A stretch of 64,000 nt of DNA from positions 29,521 to 93,520 of the forward strand of contig JAJTEY010000001.1 in assembly GCA_021299855.1 (NCBI GenBank). The letters run 5' to 3'. This DNA comes from Bacteroidota bacterium (GTDB lineage: Bacteria; Bacteroidota; Bacteroidia; Palsa-965). The notes below the pieces were generated by a model. That model worked only from the letters and a program-made list of their open reading frames with translations, did not search any database and was not told the DNA's origin. Within the stretch, counting starts at the first letter, position 1, and every line of letters begins with the position of its first letter. This document shows, in pieces, positions 49,287 to 59,935 of the stretch. The position numbers were made by a program, and so were the translations under genes.

Positions 49287-51278
49287 TTATTTCACTACTT
49301 TAACTGAATGCGAAACGCCATCCTCATTGCGGCTTTGTACGACATAAATACCGGGTTGCCACATTCCTGTATTCATATAAATTGTACCGGCGTTCATTTC
49401 TTGATCGAACAACATTCTGCCGGTTGCATCGAACACCGTTAGTCGTCCTGCCTCAACACTTTCAATAGTCAATACATCGTGAACCGGATTTGGATAAACC
49501 AAAATTCCGGCAAAATTTTCACTTGGATGAACTGCAGAAGTAAACGGAGTCCAGCTCATATCAACCGCGGTTACGAAGCCGTCACCGATTCCTGAATACT
49601 GGGGATTCCAGGCCAGGTAAGTAGGGAAATTTGAACTATACGTTGTTCCTGTAATAAATACAACAGTATCCGCTGTAACCGTGCAACCCGCGTTAAATTC
49701 AGTATTGGATCCTCCCACGAATGTTCCTAAAACTAATGCTCCTGCTGTGTCTAACTTGAGCACGTACACATCATTACCCCCGGTAAGCGTATCGCTGAAC
49801 GAGCCGGGAGTTACCGGAAATGTAGGACTTTCAGTAGTTCCTGACAAGTAAACATACTTCCCCTGAACATTAATATCCATTCCTGCATCCATCAGTGCTC
49901 CTCCCAAAAAAGTACTCCAGACAATATTTCCTGAAGTGCTCATCTTGAATACAAAGGCATCACCGCTACCTGAATAATTCGGTTGCATCGCAGGACCTTC
50001 AATCGGGAATAACGGACTATATGTAAAGCCCGTGAGATACAAATTACCCGCGCTATCTGCAGCAATTCCGTTGGCATCTTCATTCGCACTTCCTCCAATT
50101 AACGTAGAGTATAATAACGCGCCGCTCATATCCATCCGAACTACGTACACATCGGGAATTCCCATGTTGACTTGCTGATATGCGTTTGGTGTTGTAGGAA
50201 AATTATTACTGAATGATCCTCCACAAAATGCAATTTCCTGATTATTGAGTACCACAACATCGTGAATATCCTCACCACCCGTTCCACCAAAAAATGTTGA
50301 CCACTGTGGTTGTAAGTTAACGTCCAGTCTACAGATGAATGCGTCCAATGTACCGCTGTTATTCGGGTACAAACCCAATGATGACATCGGCAATGTCAAT
50401 GATGTAGCAGATCCGCAAATAATCACATCAAGATTATCACTGATGTCAACACCCAATCCCTGTTCTCCTCCTGTTCCACCAAAAAATGTAGAACGCAGCA
50501 ACACGCCGGATGTGTCCAGTAATAATATAATTGCATCGTAACTTCCGGCTAATGTGTCCTGAAACGCACCGGGAATGGTGACATCATTGCTATTGGTAGC
50601 TCCGATAACCACGACCAGTGAATCGTGAACCTCAACATCCCAGCCGGCATCATAACCCGAGCCTCCCCAATAATAAGCCCACAAGCGTGCACCTGTCGGA
50701 CTCATTTTGGCAACAAACAAATCATATCCCCCACTGTATGTCACAGTATCGGTAACTGGAAAATCAACACTGGCCGTTCGTCCGCACACAAGCACGGCTC
50801 CATCCGCACAAGCCACAATTGAAGCGGGTTCATCGGTATCCGAACCACCTAAAAAAGTTGAATAAACTAAATCTGTAGTTGAAATGCTGCTGCCTTGAAT
50901 TTCGAGCACTTGAATTAATGGACGCGAAGGCAGCAACACATCAGAGCTTGAACGCATAACTATCCGATCAAACCCGGAAATGTTCCAACTGAATGCACAT
51001 TGACTACCATCGTGCAATTCATAAGTAATTGAATTTTCAGATAGGCTATATCCGATTGTTGCTGAACGAAAGAAGTAATCTGTTCGTATGTAATTCCATC
51101 CATCCGCAAGCTGAATTTTCTCAACGATGCTATATCCATCCGAAAAACAATACATATCCGCAAGTCGATAACGTTTCGTCACGATTGCATCTGCTTCCGA
51201 ACGGGAAAACAAGCCGACATTACTCAGTAAAGTGAGCAGTAAGAGAGTATAAATCTTAATCACTACTGTAAGTTGCAT
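49287..51278 (-). CDS. SBBP (beta-propeller) repeat protein with T9SS type-A CTD
   Basis: Repeated ST(F/L).GG...D/E...G.T.S..FP...D.FV.K units; C-terminal VYPNPV...PGIY...KVVK. Confidence 0.85.
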   Translation of the reverse strand: MQLTVVIKIYTLLLLTLLSNVGLFSRSEADAIVTKRYRLADMYCFSDGYSIVEKIQLADGWNYIRTDYFFRSATIGYSLSENSITYELHDGSQCAFSWNISGFDRIVMRSSSDVLLPSRPLIQVLEIQGSSISTTDLVYSTFLGGSDTDEPASIVACADGAVLVCGRTASVDFPVTDTVTYSGGYDLFVAKMSPTGARLWAYYWGGSGYDAGWDVEVHDSLVVVIGATNSNDVTIPGAFQDTLAGSYDAIILLLDTSGVLLRSTFFGGTGGEQGLGVDISDNLDVIICGSATSLTLPMSSLGLYPNNSGTLDAFICRLDVNLQPQWSTFFGGTGGEDIHDVVVLNNQEIAFCGGSFSNNFPTTPNAYQQVNMGIPDVYVVRMDMSGALLYSTLIGGSANEDANGIAADSAGNLYLTGFTYSPLFPIEGPAMQPNYSGSGDAFVFKMSTSGNIVWSTFLGGALMDAGMDINVQGKYVYLSGTTESPTFPVTPGSFSDTLTGGNDVYVLKLDTAGALVLGTFVGGSNTEFNAGCTVTADTVVFITGTTYSSNFPTYLAWNPQYSGIGDGFVTAVDMSWTPFTSAVHPSENFAGILVYPNPVHDVLTIESVEAGRLTVFDATGRMLFDQEMNAGTIYMNTGMWQPGIYVVQSRNEDGVSHSVKVVK

Positions 51279-51287
51279 AATCTTATA

Positions 51288-51316
51288 AAAAAAAGGGCTT
51301 CACACGAAGCCCTTTA
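51288..51316 (-). terminator. Rho-independent terminator
   Basis: Minus strand AAAGGGCTTC-gtgt-GAAGCCCTTT followed by a T run. Confidence 0.85.
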
Positions 51317-51333
51317 ATGTTATTTTCAATACA

Positions 51334-54300
51334 CTAACGAATCAAATTTACGTGGCCTATGTAACGATGTTTATTACCGTTAATATCCACAAAGTTCACT
51401 TTCCAGACATAGGTGTCGATTTGAGAAATTTTTCCTCCGCCAAGAACCGTTCCATCCCATCCTTTCGTAATATCTTCAGAGAAGAAAATCTGATTGCCCC
51501 AACGGTCGAAGATGAAAAGTTGAAAATTAGACTGTTGGATACCTTGACCATACACGTAAAAAATATCGTTAATTCCATCAGCATTTGGTGTGAACGCATT
51601 GGGCGCGTAGAACGAATAATCAGGTTGAATAATTACGTAGTCCGAAGTACTGTCGATACAACCATGCTCAGTTACAACATATTGAACAATAGTGTATGTT
51701 CCCGGAGATTGATACTCGAAGGCGAAAGGAATACCTGTGTTAGTAATCACTTGATCCAAGGTATCTCCCATGTAATAAATAGTCGTGTCGCAATTGATAC
51801 AATTCGGGGTAAACGTAATCAACGGATTCAGAATTGTAGTGACTTGCGGAGTTACGGTAAATCCTGCAACAGGATTCGGATGCACCGTAATCATGTTCGG
51901 ATAAGTAATTGTACTTACGCATCCGTTTATGTCTGTAACCGTATAAGAAATGTTATAAGAACCTGCTGCCTGGAAGCAGTGTTGAGGATCAGTGTTAGTA
52001 GAATTGGTATTATCACCAAAATCCCAAACCACAGAACCTGCTGCCGGATTTGAAGCTCCTAGGAAGTCAACACAAACAGGAGCACAACCTTCAGTTACGG
52101 AAGGCGTTACGCTGATTACAGGTAAAGGTAATACCGTAACCACAACCGTTGCTGTTGCCACCGGAGAACCACAAGCATCACTAACTGTTACTACGTACGT
52201 AGTAGTTACTACCGGTGATGCAGTTGGGTTAGCTACAGTAGCAGAGGATAATCCGACCGCCGGACTCCATGCATACGTGTAAGGTCCGCCATCTCCACCG
52301 GAACCTGTTGCCGTTAATGCTGTATTACCACCGGGGCAAATAGATGCGTTCGGGCTTGCTACCACCTGAAGAGGTGGATAAACTGTAACTGTCATTTGAT
52401 CGGTGTTCACACAGCCATTCGCATCTGTAACAGTAACTGAATACGTTGTAGTCATTTGTGGACAAGCCTGAGGATTCCCGATGGCAGGGTTGTTCAAACC
52501 CATTGCTGGAGTCCACTGGTATTGTACACCGCCTGTTGCGTTCAGATTCACACAACTACCGCACATACTTTGGTCGGCACCGGCATTAGCGACAGGTAAT
52601 GGATTCACCACAACCGCAACGGTATCCGTGTTGGAACATCCCGAAGCATCTGTAACTGTTACTACGTAATTTGAAGTTGCGATCGGTGATACGTTTGGAT
52701 TAGCTGTATTCGCACCACTGTTAATATTGCTCCCTGTCCAACTATAACCAACACCACCAGAAGCATTCAACGTAGTGTTATCATTGATACAAATTGAATC
52801 ATCAATTCCAGCAGAAACTATTGGTAAGGGACGCACAAACAACTCCAAAGTGTCGCTTCCGTAGCATCCGTATTGGTTTGTTACGTTTACGATAAACAGT
52901 GCTGTAGCATTTGCGGAAACGGTTGGATTTGCTGTATTTCCCGCGTTGATAATAGCATTAGGATCTGTAGAACTCCACAAATATTGGGTTCCTCCTGATG
53001 CGTTTAATGAAGCGAATTGTCCCGGACAAATACTGTCATCGGCACCGGCAGTAACCACAATGTTGTTTGTTACATCAACAAATACAACCGCTGTGTCAGA
53101 ACATCCCGCACCAGAAATACCAATAACAGTGTATGTAGTTGCTGTTGCAGGCGCAAATTCTACTACAGAACCATCAGTTTGCAGCAAGGTAGCTCCGGTT
53201 AATGGAGTCCAGGTGTAGTTTGTTGCACCGGAAACGGTTAAGGTATCGCTAGACGTAGGACAAATAAGTAATGAATCATCGGACAATGTCAATACCGGAT
53301 TCGGATTGATCGTAACCGTAATAACGTCGTTGGATACACAACCCTGTGGTGAAGTGGAGGTTACATTATACGTTGTAGTTGTAAGCGGAGAAGCAGAAAC
53401 CTGATCTCCCGATGGAGTTAATACTGACAGTGTACTGTTTGGTGTCCATACAAACGAGTTAGTGTCAGAGCCGGCATCCAGCGTAACGGAATTTCCTGCA
53501 CAAATAGATGCGGAAGGAGGTGCAAAAGTTATCACAGGTAACTGATTAACAGTAACTGTAACCGTTTGGTTACCCGGACATAAACCACCGCTTGTCACGG
53601 TATAAGTTGCAGTGGCGTTTGGCGTAACCGTAACACTGGAACCGGAGGCCGAAAACGCATTAGGACCTATCCAAGTATATCCGGAAGATCCGGTAACGTT
53701 TAATGTTATGCTCTGCCCCACACATATTGCAGGCGCAGCAGGCGTAATCGTTAATACAGGAACTGGTGTAACTCCGACTGAAACCACGTTTGATGTTGCG
53801 GTTCCACAACCAGGAGCACCAATGATCTGTGCCCGGAAGAACATCGCCGCGGTAACAGGACAGAACTGATATGGATTCGTGGTTCCTCCAACAATATTGG
53901 TCCATGTGATGCCATTCGGTGATGATTGCCACTGTATAGTGCCGTTAGTAAAACTTGTAAGAGACAGATTCACACAACTTCCCGCACAAACAGTTGGAGG
54001 AGATACACTCGCGGTGCCCACCGTTGGAGGAGGATTTACCACAACCTGCACAGTAGCTGCCGGCACAGAATAACAATTCAAGTAGCCACCCGCCGCAGTT
54101 ACGGTGTACGTCGTAGTAACAGAAGGAGAGACAGTAACCGTCTGACCTGTTAAATTACCGGGCTGCCAGGTAAATGTTGGTGTTCCATTTCCGCATCCAC
54201 CACTTCCGGAAATAGTGGCGGACAACTGCACAGGTGTGGATGGACAAATTGGAGATACAGATGCGGCAGCACTCAAGCCAAACGTTGGCGCCAAGCCGGG

Positions 54301-54747
54301 CGTCGTAAAGGTGTAATTCTGCGTCCAAGGACCTGCACTACCTGAACCACACACCCGCTCGCGAGCACGCAAAACGTAAACAGTACCCGGACAGAGCTGA
54401 GTAAAAGGAATGGTAACCGGAAAATATGGCTCCAAAACGCAATTATCTGCCATGGGGTTTGGGATATTCAGTCCTGAACGGTAAAAAGGATAAGTATTCC
54501 AAGTAGTTGAATTGCAAGTTGGAATTACAGGCGCGTAGTTAGCAGCACTGAAACACGCCAATTGCACTTCCATGTAATATGGACCACACCCACATGTCGC
54601 CGGGTCTGAATTCCCACTAATGGTTACGCTTGATGATCCGACAGTAAAAACCGGACTAACTAATGCCACTCCGTGACACGCTTCTGCCGCGCGCTGAACG
54701 CCGAGAAATAGTAATACAATAATAAGTGCTCGTAGCATGTTTTGCAT
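51334..54747 (-). CDS. T9SS type-B CTD surface protein with Ig-like repeats and a PKD domain
   Basis: Signal peptide; Cys-rich N-terminal domain; IC.G....L...G...Y.W...P..TT.Y.V...GC repeats; WDFGD; PNAFTPNADG.ND..IFDRWG..WDG. Confidence 0.9.
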   Translation of the reverse strand: MQNMLRALIIVLLFLGVQRAAEACHGVALVSPVFTVGSSSVTISGNSDPATCGCGPYYMEVQLACFSAANYAPVIPTCNSTTWNTYPFYRSGLNIPNPMADNCVLEPYFPVTIPFTQLCPGTVYVLRARERVCGSGSAGPWTQNYTFTTPGLAPTFGLSAAASVSPICPSTPVQLSATISGSGGCGNGTPTFTWQPGNLTGQTVTVSPSVTTTYTVTAAGGYLNCYSVPAATVQVVVNPPPTVGTASVSPPTVCAGSCVNLSLTSFTNGTIQWQSSPNGITWTNIVGGTTNPYQFCPVTAAMFFRAQIIGAPGCGTATSNVVSVGVTPVPVLTITPAAPAICVGQSITLNVTGSSGYTWIGPNAFSASGSSVTVTPNATATYTVTSGGLCPGNQTVTVTVNQLPVITFAPPSASICAGNSVTLDAGSDTNSFVWTPNSTLSVLTPSGDQVSASPLTTTTYNVTSTSPQGCVSNDVITVTINPNPVLTLSDDSLLICPTSSDTLTVSGATNYTWTPLTGATLLQTDGSVVEFAPATATTYTVIGISGAGCSDTAVVFVDVTNNIVVTAGADDSICPGQFASLNASGGTQYLWSSTDPNAIINAGNTANPTVSANATALFIVNVTNQYGCYGSDTLELFVRPLPIVSAGIDDSICINDNTTLNASGGVGYSWTGSNINSGANTANPNVSPIATSNYVVTVTDASGCSNTDTVAVVVNPLPVANAGADQSMCGSCVNLNATGGVQYQWTPAMGLNNPAIGNPQACPQMTTTYSVTVTDANGCVNTDQMTVTVYPPLQVVASPNASICPGGNTALTATGSGGDGGPYTYAWSPAVGLSSATVANPTASPVVTTTYVVTVSDACGSPVATATVVVTVLPLPVISVTPSVTEGCAPVCVDFLGASNPAAGSVVWDFGDNTNSTNTDPQHCFQAAGSYNISYTVTDINGCVSTITYPNMITVHPNPVAGFTVTPQVTTILNPLITFTPNCINCDTTIYYMGDTLDQVITNTGIPFAFEYQSPGTYTIVQYVVTEHGCIDSTSDYVIIQPDYSFYAPNAFTPNADGINDIFYVYGQGIQQSNFQLFIFDRWGNQIFFSEDITKGWDGTVLGGGKISQIDTYVWKVNFVDINGNKHRYIGHVNLIR

Positions 54748-54915
54748 GTTACCGAAATTTAAGTGTTCCTATAAGTATGTTAAGCCGTTCGAAAGATACG
54801 CAAAACAGCGTCTAAATCGATTAGTCAGGAGCAAAAAATGTGGGAACTTTTGAACAAACCAACATGTATCGATGAAATGTTGAGATAAGCGGACAATTGA
54901 AATAAGCTTTTTCTC

Positions 54916-55491
54916 CTACAATTTTTCTAAAATTGAGTCGTCAAGCGGGGATACGGAAGAGTTAAAAAAGTGAATCAATTCACCTTTTTCGTTTAATAAA
55001 TACTTGCAAAAATTCCAATTGGGCGAACTCTCATTCCAACCATTGGCTGCCGGTGATGTTAACCACTGATAAAGCGGATGTTGCTCGTCGCCAACAACTT
55101 TTATTTTTTCAGTTAAGGTGAATTTTATGCCATAATTACGTTCACAGAACGTTTGTATTTCGTTGTTCCCACCCGGTTCTTGCCCACCAAAATTATTCGC
55201 AGGAACACCAACAATCTCGAGCTTGTCTCCATGCAACTCATACAACTTCTGAAGCTCCGCATATTGAGGTGTATAACCGCATTCGGATGCGGTATTAACA
55301 ATCAATAATTTTTTGCCTTTGAATTTACTCCAATCCAGAGGCAAACCGTTAATCAATTTGATTGATGGCGAAGCAGTATAAATCGTAGGTATGGGCATAT
55401 TGTTTGTTGTCGTTTCAGGACGCTTAACTTCTGTTTTACAACCTGTTAGAGCTCCCCAAAACATGATTACAGGGTAAAATATTTTTTTCAT
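54916..55491 (-). CDS. Glutathione-peroxidase-family thiol peroxidase, probable lipoprotein
   Basis: VNTASECGYT, P.NNFGGQEPG, FC, WNF.KYL; lipobox LTGC after start ATG 55491. Confidence 0.9.
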   Translation of the reverse strand: MKKIFYPVIMFWGALTGCKTEVKRPETTTNNMPIPTIYTASPSIKLINGLPLDWSKFKGKKLLIVNTASECGYTPQYAELQKLYELHGDKLEIVGVPANNFGGQEPGGNNEIQTFCERNYGIKFTLTEKIKVVGDEQHPLYQWLTSPAANGWNESSPNWNFCKYLLNEKGELIHFFNSSVSPLDDSILEKL

Positions 55492-55498
55492 TGCCGCT

Positions 55499-56017
55499 TT
55501 ACATTTTGATAAATTCTGCACACTGAACTTCCAGAGCTCCAAGTACATTTTCATCCGTTAACTGATTATCTTGAATCAACTTCCCGACTCCGGAGATTAT
55601 AACATGTTTAGGCAATACCATTATTCCCAAGTAATGGAATGCTCCGCTCAGTTGATCCAACCCGCGAAGATTTCCTCCGCGCCCGTCTGCAACACCAACC
55701 AATGCGGATTTCTTACCACGCAATAAACTTGGATGAATGGAATCGATGAACATTTTCAGAATTCCCGGATAGGAACCGTTGTATTCCGGGGCTACAAATA
55801 CAAACTTATCAGCACCTCCAATCGTCGAAGAAATCCAGGTTTTGTAATCATCGCTCTGTTGGCTCCCGAAATACGTAAATGCAAAATCCAGGGGCAAATC
55901 TTCCAACGTAATGAACTGATGAGCTTCTCCCCGAGCCTTGAGCAAATTTCTGTAGTGTTCCGCTATAATGCGAGTGCGGCTTCCGACGCGGTTTGTTCCT
56001 GAAATAATTGTGATCAT
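55499..56017 (-). CDS. NAD(P)H-dependent FMN reductase
   Basis: SGTNR.GS, PEYNGSYPGILK.FID, G..G.LRG. Confidence 0.9.
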   Translation of the reverse strand: MITIISGTNRVGSRTRIIAEHYRNLLKARGEAHQFITLEDLPLDFAFTYFGSQQSDDYKTWISSTIGGADKFVFVAPEYNGSYPGILKMFIDSIHPSLLRGKKSALVGVADGRGGNLRGLDQLSGAFHYLGIMVLPKHVIISGVGKLIQDNQLTDENVLGALEVQCAEFIKM

Positions 56018-56176
56018 CAGTCGATTAAGTTTTTATCTGCGTTTTGTTCAAAATTCGTTCACATCCATTCCCTCTAATTTCCCTAACTTCACACGGTTTT
56101 TTACTGGCACAAAGAACGGTATTTGGTTTCAGATACTCATCCGAAACAAGTTGCGGTTAAAAAAGTTTAACAGTTT

Positions 56177-56857
56177 ATGAAAATCACTTTTTACGGTCAT
56201 TCATGCTTTGGTATTGAAGTGAAAGGAAAACATTTGTTGTTTGACCCGTTTATTTCACCAAATCCGTTGGCTGCACATATTGATGTGAATAGTGTAAAGG
56301 CTGATTTTATCCTGCAGTCACACGGTCACATGGATCATATCGCAGATACGGTTGCTATTGCCAAGCGAACGGGCGCTACAGTAATTTGTGCTTTCGAAAT
56401 TCACGAGTGGTTAAACAATCAAGGTGTCACCACAACACATCCGATGAACACCGGTGGTAAATGGATGTTTGATTTCGGAAAAGTGAAGTGTGTTGCTGCG
56501 GTTCATTCCAGCAGCTTGCCGGACGGCTCGTATGGTGGCAATCCTATGGGATTTGTAATTGAAAGTGACGAAGGAAATTTTTATTACGCCGGAGACACTG
56601 CTTTAACGTACGACATGAAATTAATCGGTGAATACCGTAAAGTTGATTTTGCCTTGTTGCCATTGGGAGACAATTTTACCATGGGTGTGGACAATGCGAT
56701 CATCGCGAGCGATTTCATCAAGTGCAATGATATCATCGGTATGCACTACGACACCTTTGGTTACATCAAGATTGATTCGTCGGAAGCCATTCAGAAATTT
56801 GAACGCTCGGGCAAAAAACTTACACTGATGAATATCGGTGAAACGATTACTAAATAA
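56177..56857 (+). CDS. Metallo-beta-lactamase-fold hydrolase (UPF0173/YtkL-like)
   Basis: GHSCF, DPF, SHGHMDH, HSS, AGDT, GDNFTM, MHYDTF. Confidence 0.92.
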   Translation: MKITFYGHSCFGIEVKGKHLLFDPFISPNPLAAHIDVNSVKADFILQSHGHMDHIADTVAIAKRTGATVICAFEIHEWLNNQGVTTTHPMNTGGKWMFDFGKVKCVAAVHSSSLPDGSYGGNPMGFVIESDEGNFYYAGDTALTYDMKLIGEYRKVDFALLPLGDNFTMGVDNAIIASDFIKCNDIIGMHYDTFGYIKIDSSEAIQKFERSGKKLTLMNIGETITK

Positions 56858-56877
56858 CGCGTTGGAACGATAGTTAC

Positions 56878-57690
56878 ATGGGAAAAATAATTGCTATAGC
56901 AAATCAAAAAGGCGGTGTTGGTAAAACTACCACTGCAATAAATCTGGCAGCAAGTTTTGCAGTGTTGGAACATAAAACATTGCTTATTGATGCGGATCCG
57001 CAGGCGAATGCAACCTCTGGAGTCGGCTTCGACCCAAAGAATGTAAAAACCAGTATTTACGAGTGCATCATTGAAGGACGCAATCCGAAAGATATTATTC
57101 TTCAAACTTCAACACCTAATTTGGACTTACTTCCTGCTCACATCGATCTTGTAGGCGCTGAAATTGAGATGATCAATTTGCCGAATCGCGAAAAGATGAT
57201 GAAGCAAGCGTTGGAAAAAGTTAAAGATGAATATGACTTTATCATCGTTGATTGTTCACCTTCGCTTGGTTTGATAACCGTTAACGCTCTAACTGCAGCA
57301 AATTCAGTTATAGTTCCTGTACAATGTGAATACTTCGCTTTGGAAGGATTGGGTAAATTATTGAACACCATTAAAATTGTTCAGAGTCGTTTGAATCCTG
57401 ATTTAGCAATTGAAGGTATTCTGCTGACGATGTACGATATCCGCTTGCGTCTGAGCAATCAGGTGGTAGAAGAAGTGAAAACTCATTTTCAGTCGATGGT
57501 ATTTGATACCATTATTCAACGCAATACAAAATTGGGAGAAGCGCCAAGTTTCGGCGAAACCATTATTATGCACGACGCCACCAGCAAAGGAGCCATCAAT
57601 TATCTGAATCTTGCTCGTGAAGTGTTGCAGAAAAACAATTTGACACGCATGAGTGATGAACAGAAAATCATCAATATCACGCAAGGATAA
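56878..57690 (+). CDS. parA: Chromosome partitioning ATPase ParA/Soj
   Basis: NQKGGVGKTTT, DADPQAN, DCSPSLG, PVQCEYFALEG, EAPSFG. Confidence 0.97.
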   Translation: MGKIIAIANQKGGVGKTTTAINLAASFAVLEHKTLLIDADPQANATSGVGFDPKNVKTSIYECIIEGRNPKDIILQTSTPNLDLLPAHIDLVGAEIEMINLPNREKMMKQALEKVKDEYDFIIVDCSPSLGLITVNALTAANSVIVPVQCEYFALEGLGKLLNTIKIVQSRLNPDLAIEGILLTMYDIRLRLSNQVVEEVKTHFQSMVFDTIIQRNTKLGEAPSFGETIIMHDATSKGAINYLNLAREVLQKNNLTRMSDEQKIINITQG

Positions 57691-57763
57691 TACGGAACAA
57701 ATAAATACTACCGCGAAGGAAGTCGGCGCCATGCCGACTTTGTCGTCCAAATACAGGAACACC

Positions 57764-58663
57764 ATGAGTACGAAAAGAAACGCATTAGGAAAAGGACTGA
57801 GTGCATTGCTGGAAAATGCCAATACCGACATTACTTCTAATAATCGCCTTGGTGGTGAATTGGGCGCTGTCGCAGGATCTGTTTCCAACATTCCGATTGC
57901 ACAAATTGAAACTAATCCGTTTCAACCGCGCACACATTTTGAAGAACAAGCTTTACAAGAACTTTCCGAATCAATTAAAGTGCATGGTATCATTCAACCC
58001 ATTACTGTTCGAAAAATGGGTTACGACAAATATCAATTGATCAGTGGTGAACGTCGTTTTCGTGCATCGCAATTAGCTGGCTTGGAATCTATTCCTGCAT
58101 ACATTCGTGTTGCTAACGATCAGGCGATGCTGGAAATGGCCTTAGTTGAAAATATCCAGCGAGAAAATTTAGATGCAATTGAAATTGCGATCAGCTATAA
58201 ACGATTGATAGATGAATGCAGTTTAACACAAGAGCAACTTGCAGAAAAAGTAAGCAAACAACGGGCAACGGTTACGAACTACTTACGCCTATTGAAACTA
58301 CCGGCTGAAGTACAGAAAGGAATTCGCGAGAAGATGATCAGTATGGGGCATGCACGCGCATTGATTAATGTCGAAAAGCAAACCGACATGATCGATTTAT
58401 ACCATCGCACGGTGGAGGAAAATTTATCAGTGCGTGAAGTGGAAGAGTTGGCGCGCGATGTCAAGAAAATTGAGCCTCGCATTAAGCATAAGAATCTACA
58501 AGGCGATTTGGATGAATTATTCGCCGATAAACTGAAGAGTTTAAATAAGCAGTATAAAACGAAAATTCAGTTAAAGAGTAACGATGAGGGGCAAGGCAAG
58601 CTGATCATCCCGTTTAAAAATCAGGAAGACCTGGAGCGTTTGTTGGATGCTTTAGATATTTAG
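57764..58663 (+). CDS. parB: Chromosome partitioning protein ParB/Spo0J
   Basis: ALGKGLSAL, NPFQPR, GERRFRA, ENIQRENL, GHARAL. Start moved to ATG 57764. Confidence 0.97.
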   Translation: MSTKRNALGKGLSALLENANTDITSNNRLGGELGAVAGSVSNIPIAQIETNPFQPRTHFEEQALQELSESIKVHGIIQPITVRKMGYDKYQLISGERRFRASQLAGLESIPAYIRVANDQAMLEMALVENIQRENLDAIEIAISYKRLIDECSLTQEQLAEKVSKQRATVTNYLRLLKLPAEVQKGIREKMISMGHARALINVEKQTDMIDLYHRTVEENLSVREVEELARDVKKIEPRIKHKNLQGDLDELFADKLKSLNKQYKTKIQLKSNDEGQGKLIIPFKNQEDLERLLDALDI

Positions 58664-58667
58664 TGGA

Positions 58668-59213
58668 ATGAGGATCAGTGTATTCATCGTTGCGCTTATT
58701 ATTTCCTGTGAAATGCAGGCGCAATACATGATGCCGAAAAACCCGAACGATTCGTTACCGGTTAAAGTAAAGCCTGCACATTCTCCTAAAAAAGCTGCCA
58801 TTTATAGTGCGTGCCTTCCCGGATTAGGTCAAATCTATAACAAGAAATATTGGAAAGTTCCTGTTATCTATGCAGGATTTGCAGGCCTGGGATATGGGTT
58901 TTATTTTAATCATCGCGAATATAAAACATACCGTAATGCGTTGCGTTATCGCTACGATGACGACCCTGCTACGATTGATAATTTCCCCCAATACGACGAT
59001 GATAATCTGGTAACATTAAAAAACTTCTATCAGCGCTATCGTGATTTAACGGTTGTGGGCATGGCTGCATTATATACTTTGAACGTTGTAGATGCGGCTG
59101 TGGATGCACACTTGTTTACATTTGACGTAAGCGATGATTTGAGCATGCGTGTGCAACCTACAATAACGATGGATTTCACACCCGGGATACGCTGTGGTTT
59201 AACGATAAAATAA
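58668..59213 (+). CDS. DUF5683 family protein
   Basis: P.KAA..SA.LPGLGQIYNKKYWK.P and N.VDA.VDAHL..FD; follows parB. Confidence 0.85.
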   Translation: MRISVFIVALIISCEMQAQYMMPKNPNDSLPVKVKPAHSPKKAAIYSACLPGLGQIYNKKYWKVPVIYAGFAGLGYGFYFNHREYKTYRNALRYRYDDDPATIDNFPQYDDDNLVTLKNFYQRYRDLTVVGMAALYTLNVVDAAVDAHLFTFDVSDDLSMRVQPTITMDFTPGIRCGLTIK

Positions 59214-59216
59214 CGC

Positions 59217-59786
59217 ATGAAGAAATTACTATTTACAGCCCCCTTCTTGGTGGCACTTGTTACTATTGCACTGTCATCGTGTGGCAACGATAAACAAGAG
59301 TGGCAAACCGTAAAGGCGCTGAACTCATACAGTATTGATGTTCCTGCCGGAATGAAACCAACAACAGAATTAAATCCGGTTGCATCATTGCAATACGAAT
59401 GGGAAGAAGAAGAATTATACACGATTTGTATTCGTGAGAACAAAGAAGAAATTAAACAAGTATTTCTTGAAAATGGATTTGACAGTGCTTCCAAAGAAGC
59501 GATTCCAGTTGAAACCTATGCACAACTTGTTTTAACAGCGTTCGAAAACAACATGCATGTTATTACGCATTCGCCTATGCAAAAAATAAAAAGCGCGGAA
59601 GGCTATGCAGGTGTGCAAACCGAAATCACCAGTGAAATCGACGGTAATGAAGGTTATTATATTTTCTCTGTATTAGAAACACCTGAAGATTATTATCAAA
59701 TCGTTTCGTGGACATTGAATAAATTCAAATCCAAACATCGAGACTCTATGCTGCGAATGTGTAATTCGTTCCGGATTCTCAAGTGA
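59217..59786 (+). CDS. Hypothetical lipoprotein (possibly PsbP/DcrB-like fold)
   Basis: Lipobox LSSC; YSI.VP near the N-terminus and a C-terminal ..SF.I pattern. Confidence 0.7.
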   Translation: MKKLLFTAPFLVALVTIALSSCGNDKQEWQTVKALNSYSIDVPAGMKPTTELNPVASLQYEWEEEELYTICIRENKEEIKQVFLENGFDSASKEAIPVETYAQLVLTAFENNMHVITHSPMQKIKSAEGYAGVQTEITSEIDGNEGYYIFSVLETPEDYYQIVSWTLNKFKSKHRDSMLRMCNSFRILK

Positions 59787-59935
59787 AGTAAGCGATGAAA
59801 ATATTACGAACCGGCAAATCTGTTGAAAAAGCAAGGTAATTTGTTTACAACATACTGCACTGAAAGCTACATTCCACGGGGCTTCTAAGTATCTTTAAGA
59901 TCGCATTAGTAGTTTTCATTTAGTTGTGCAGCAGT

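Noticed and set aside
55270..55300. Selenocysteine in the GPx active site
   Set aside because: The codon is TGC (Cys) and there is no in-frame TGA.
56858..56877. parS site near parA (GTTGGAAC)
   Set aside because: At most a degenerate half-site; I did not see a TGTTNCACGTGAAACA-like palindrome in the window, reading by eye.
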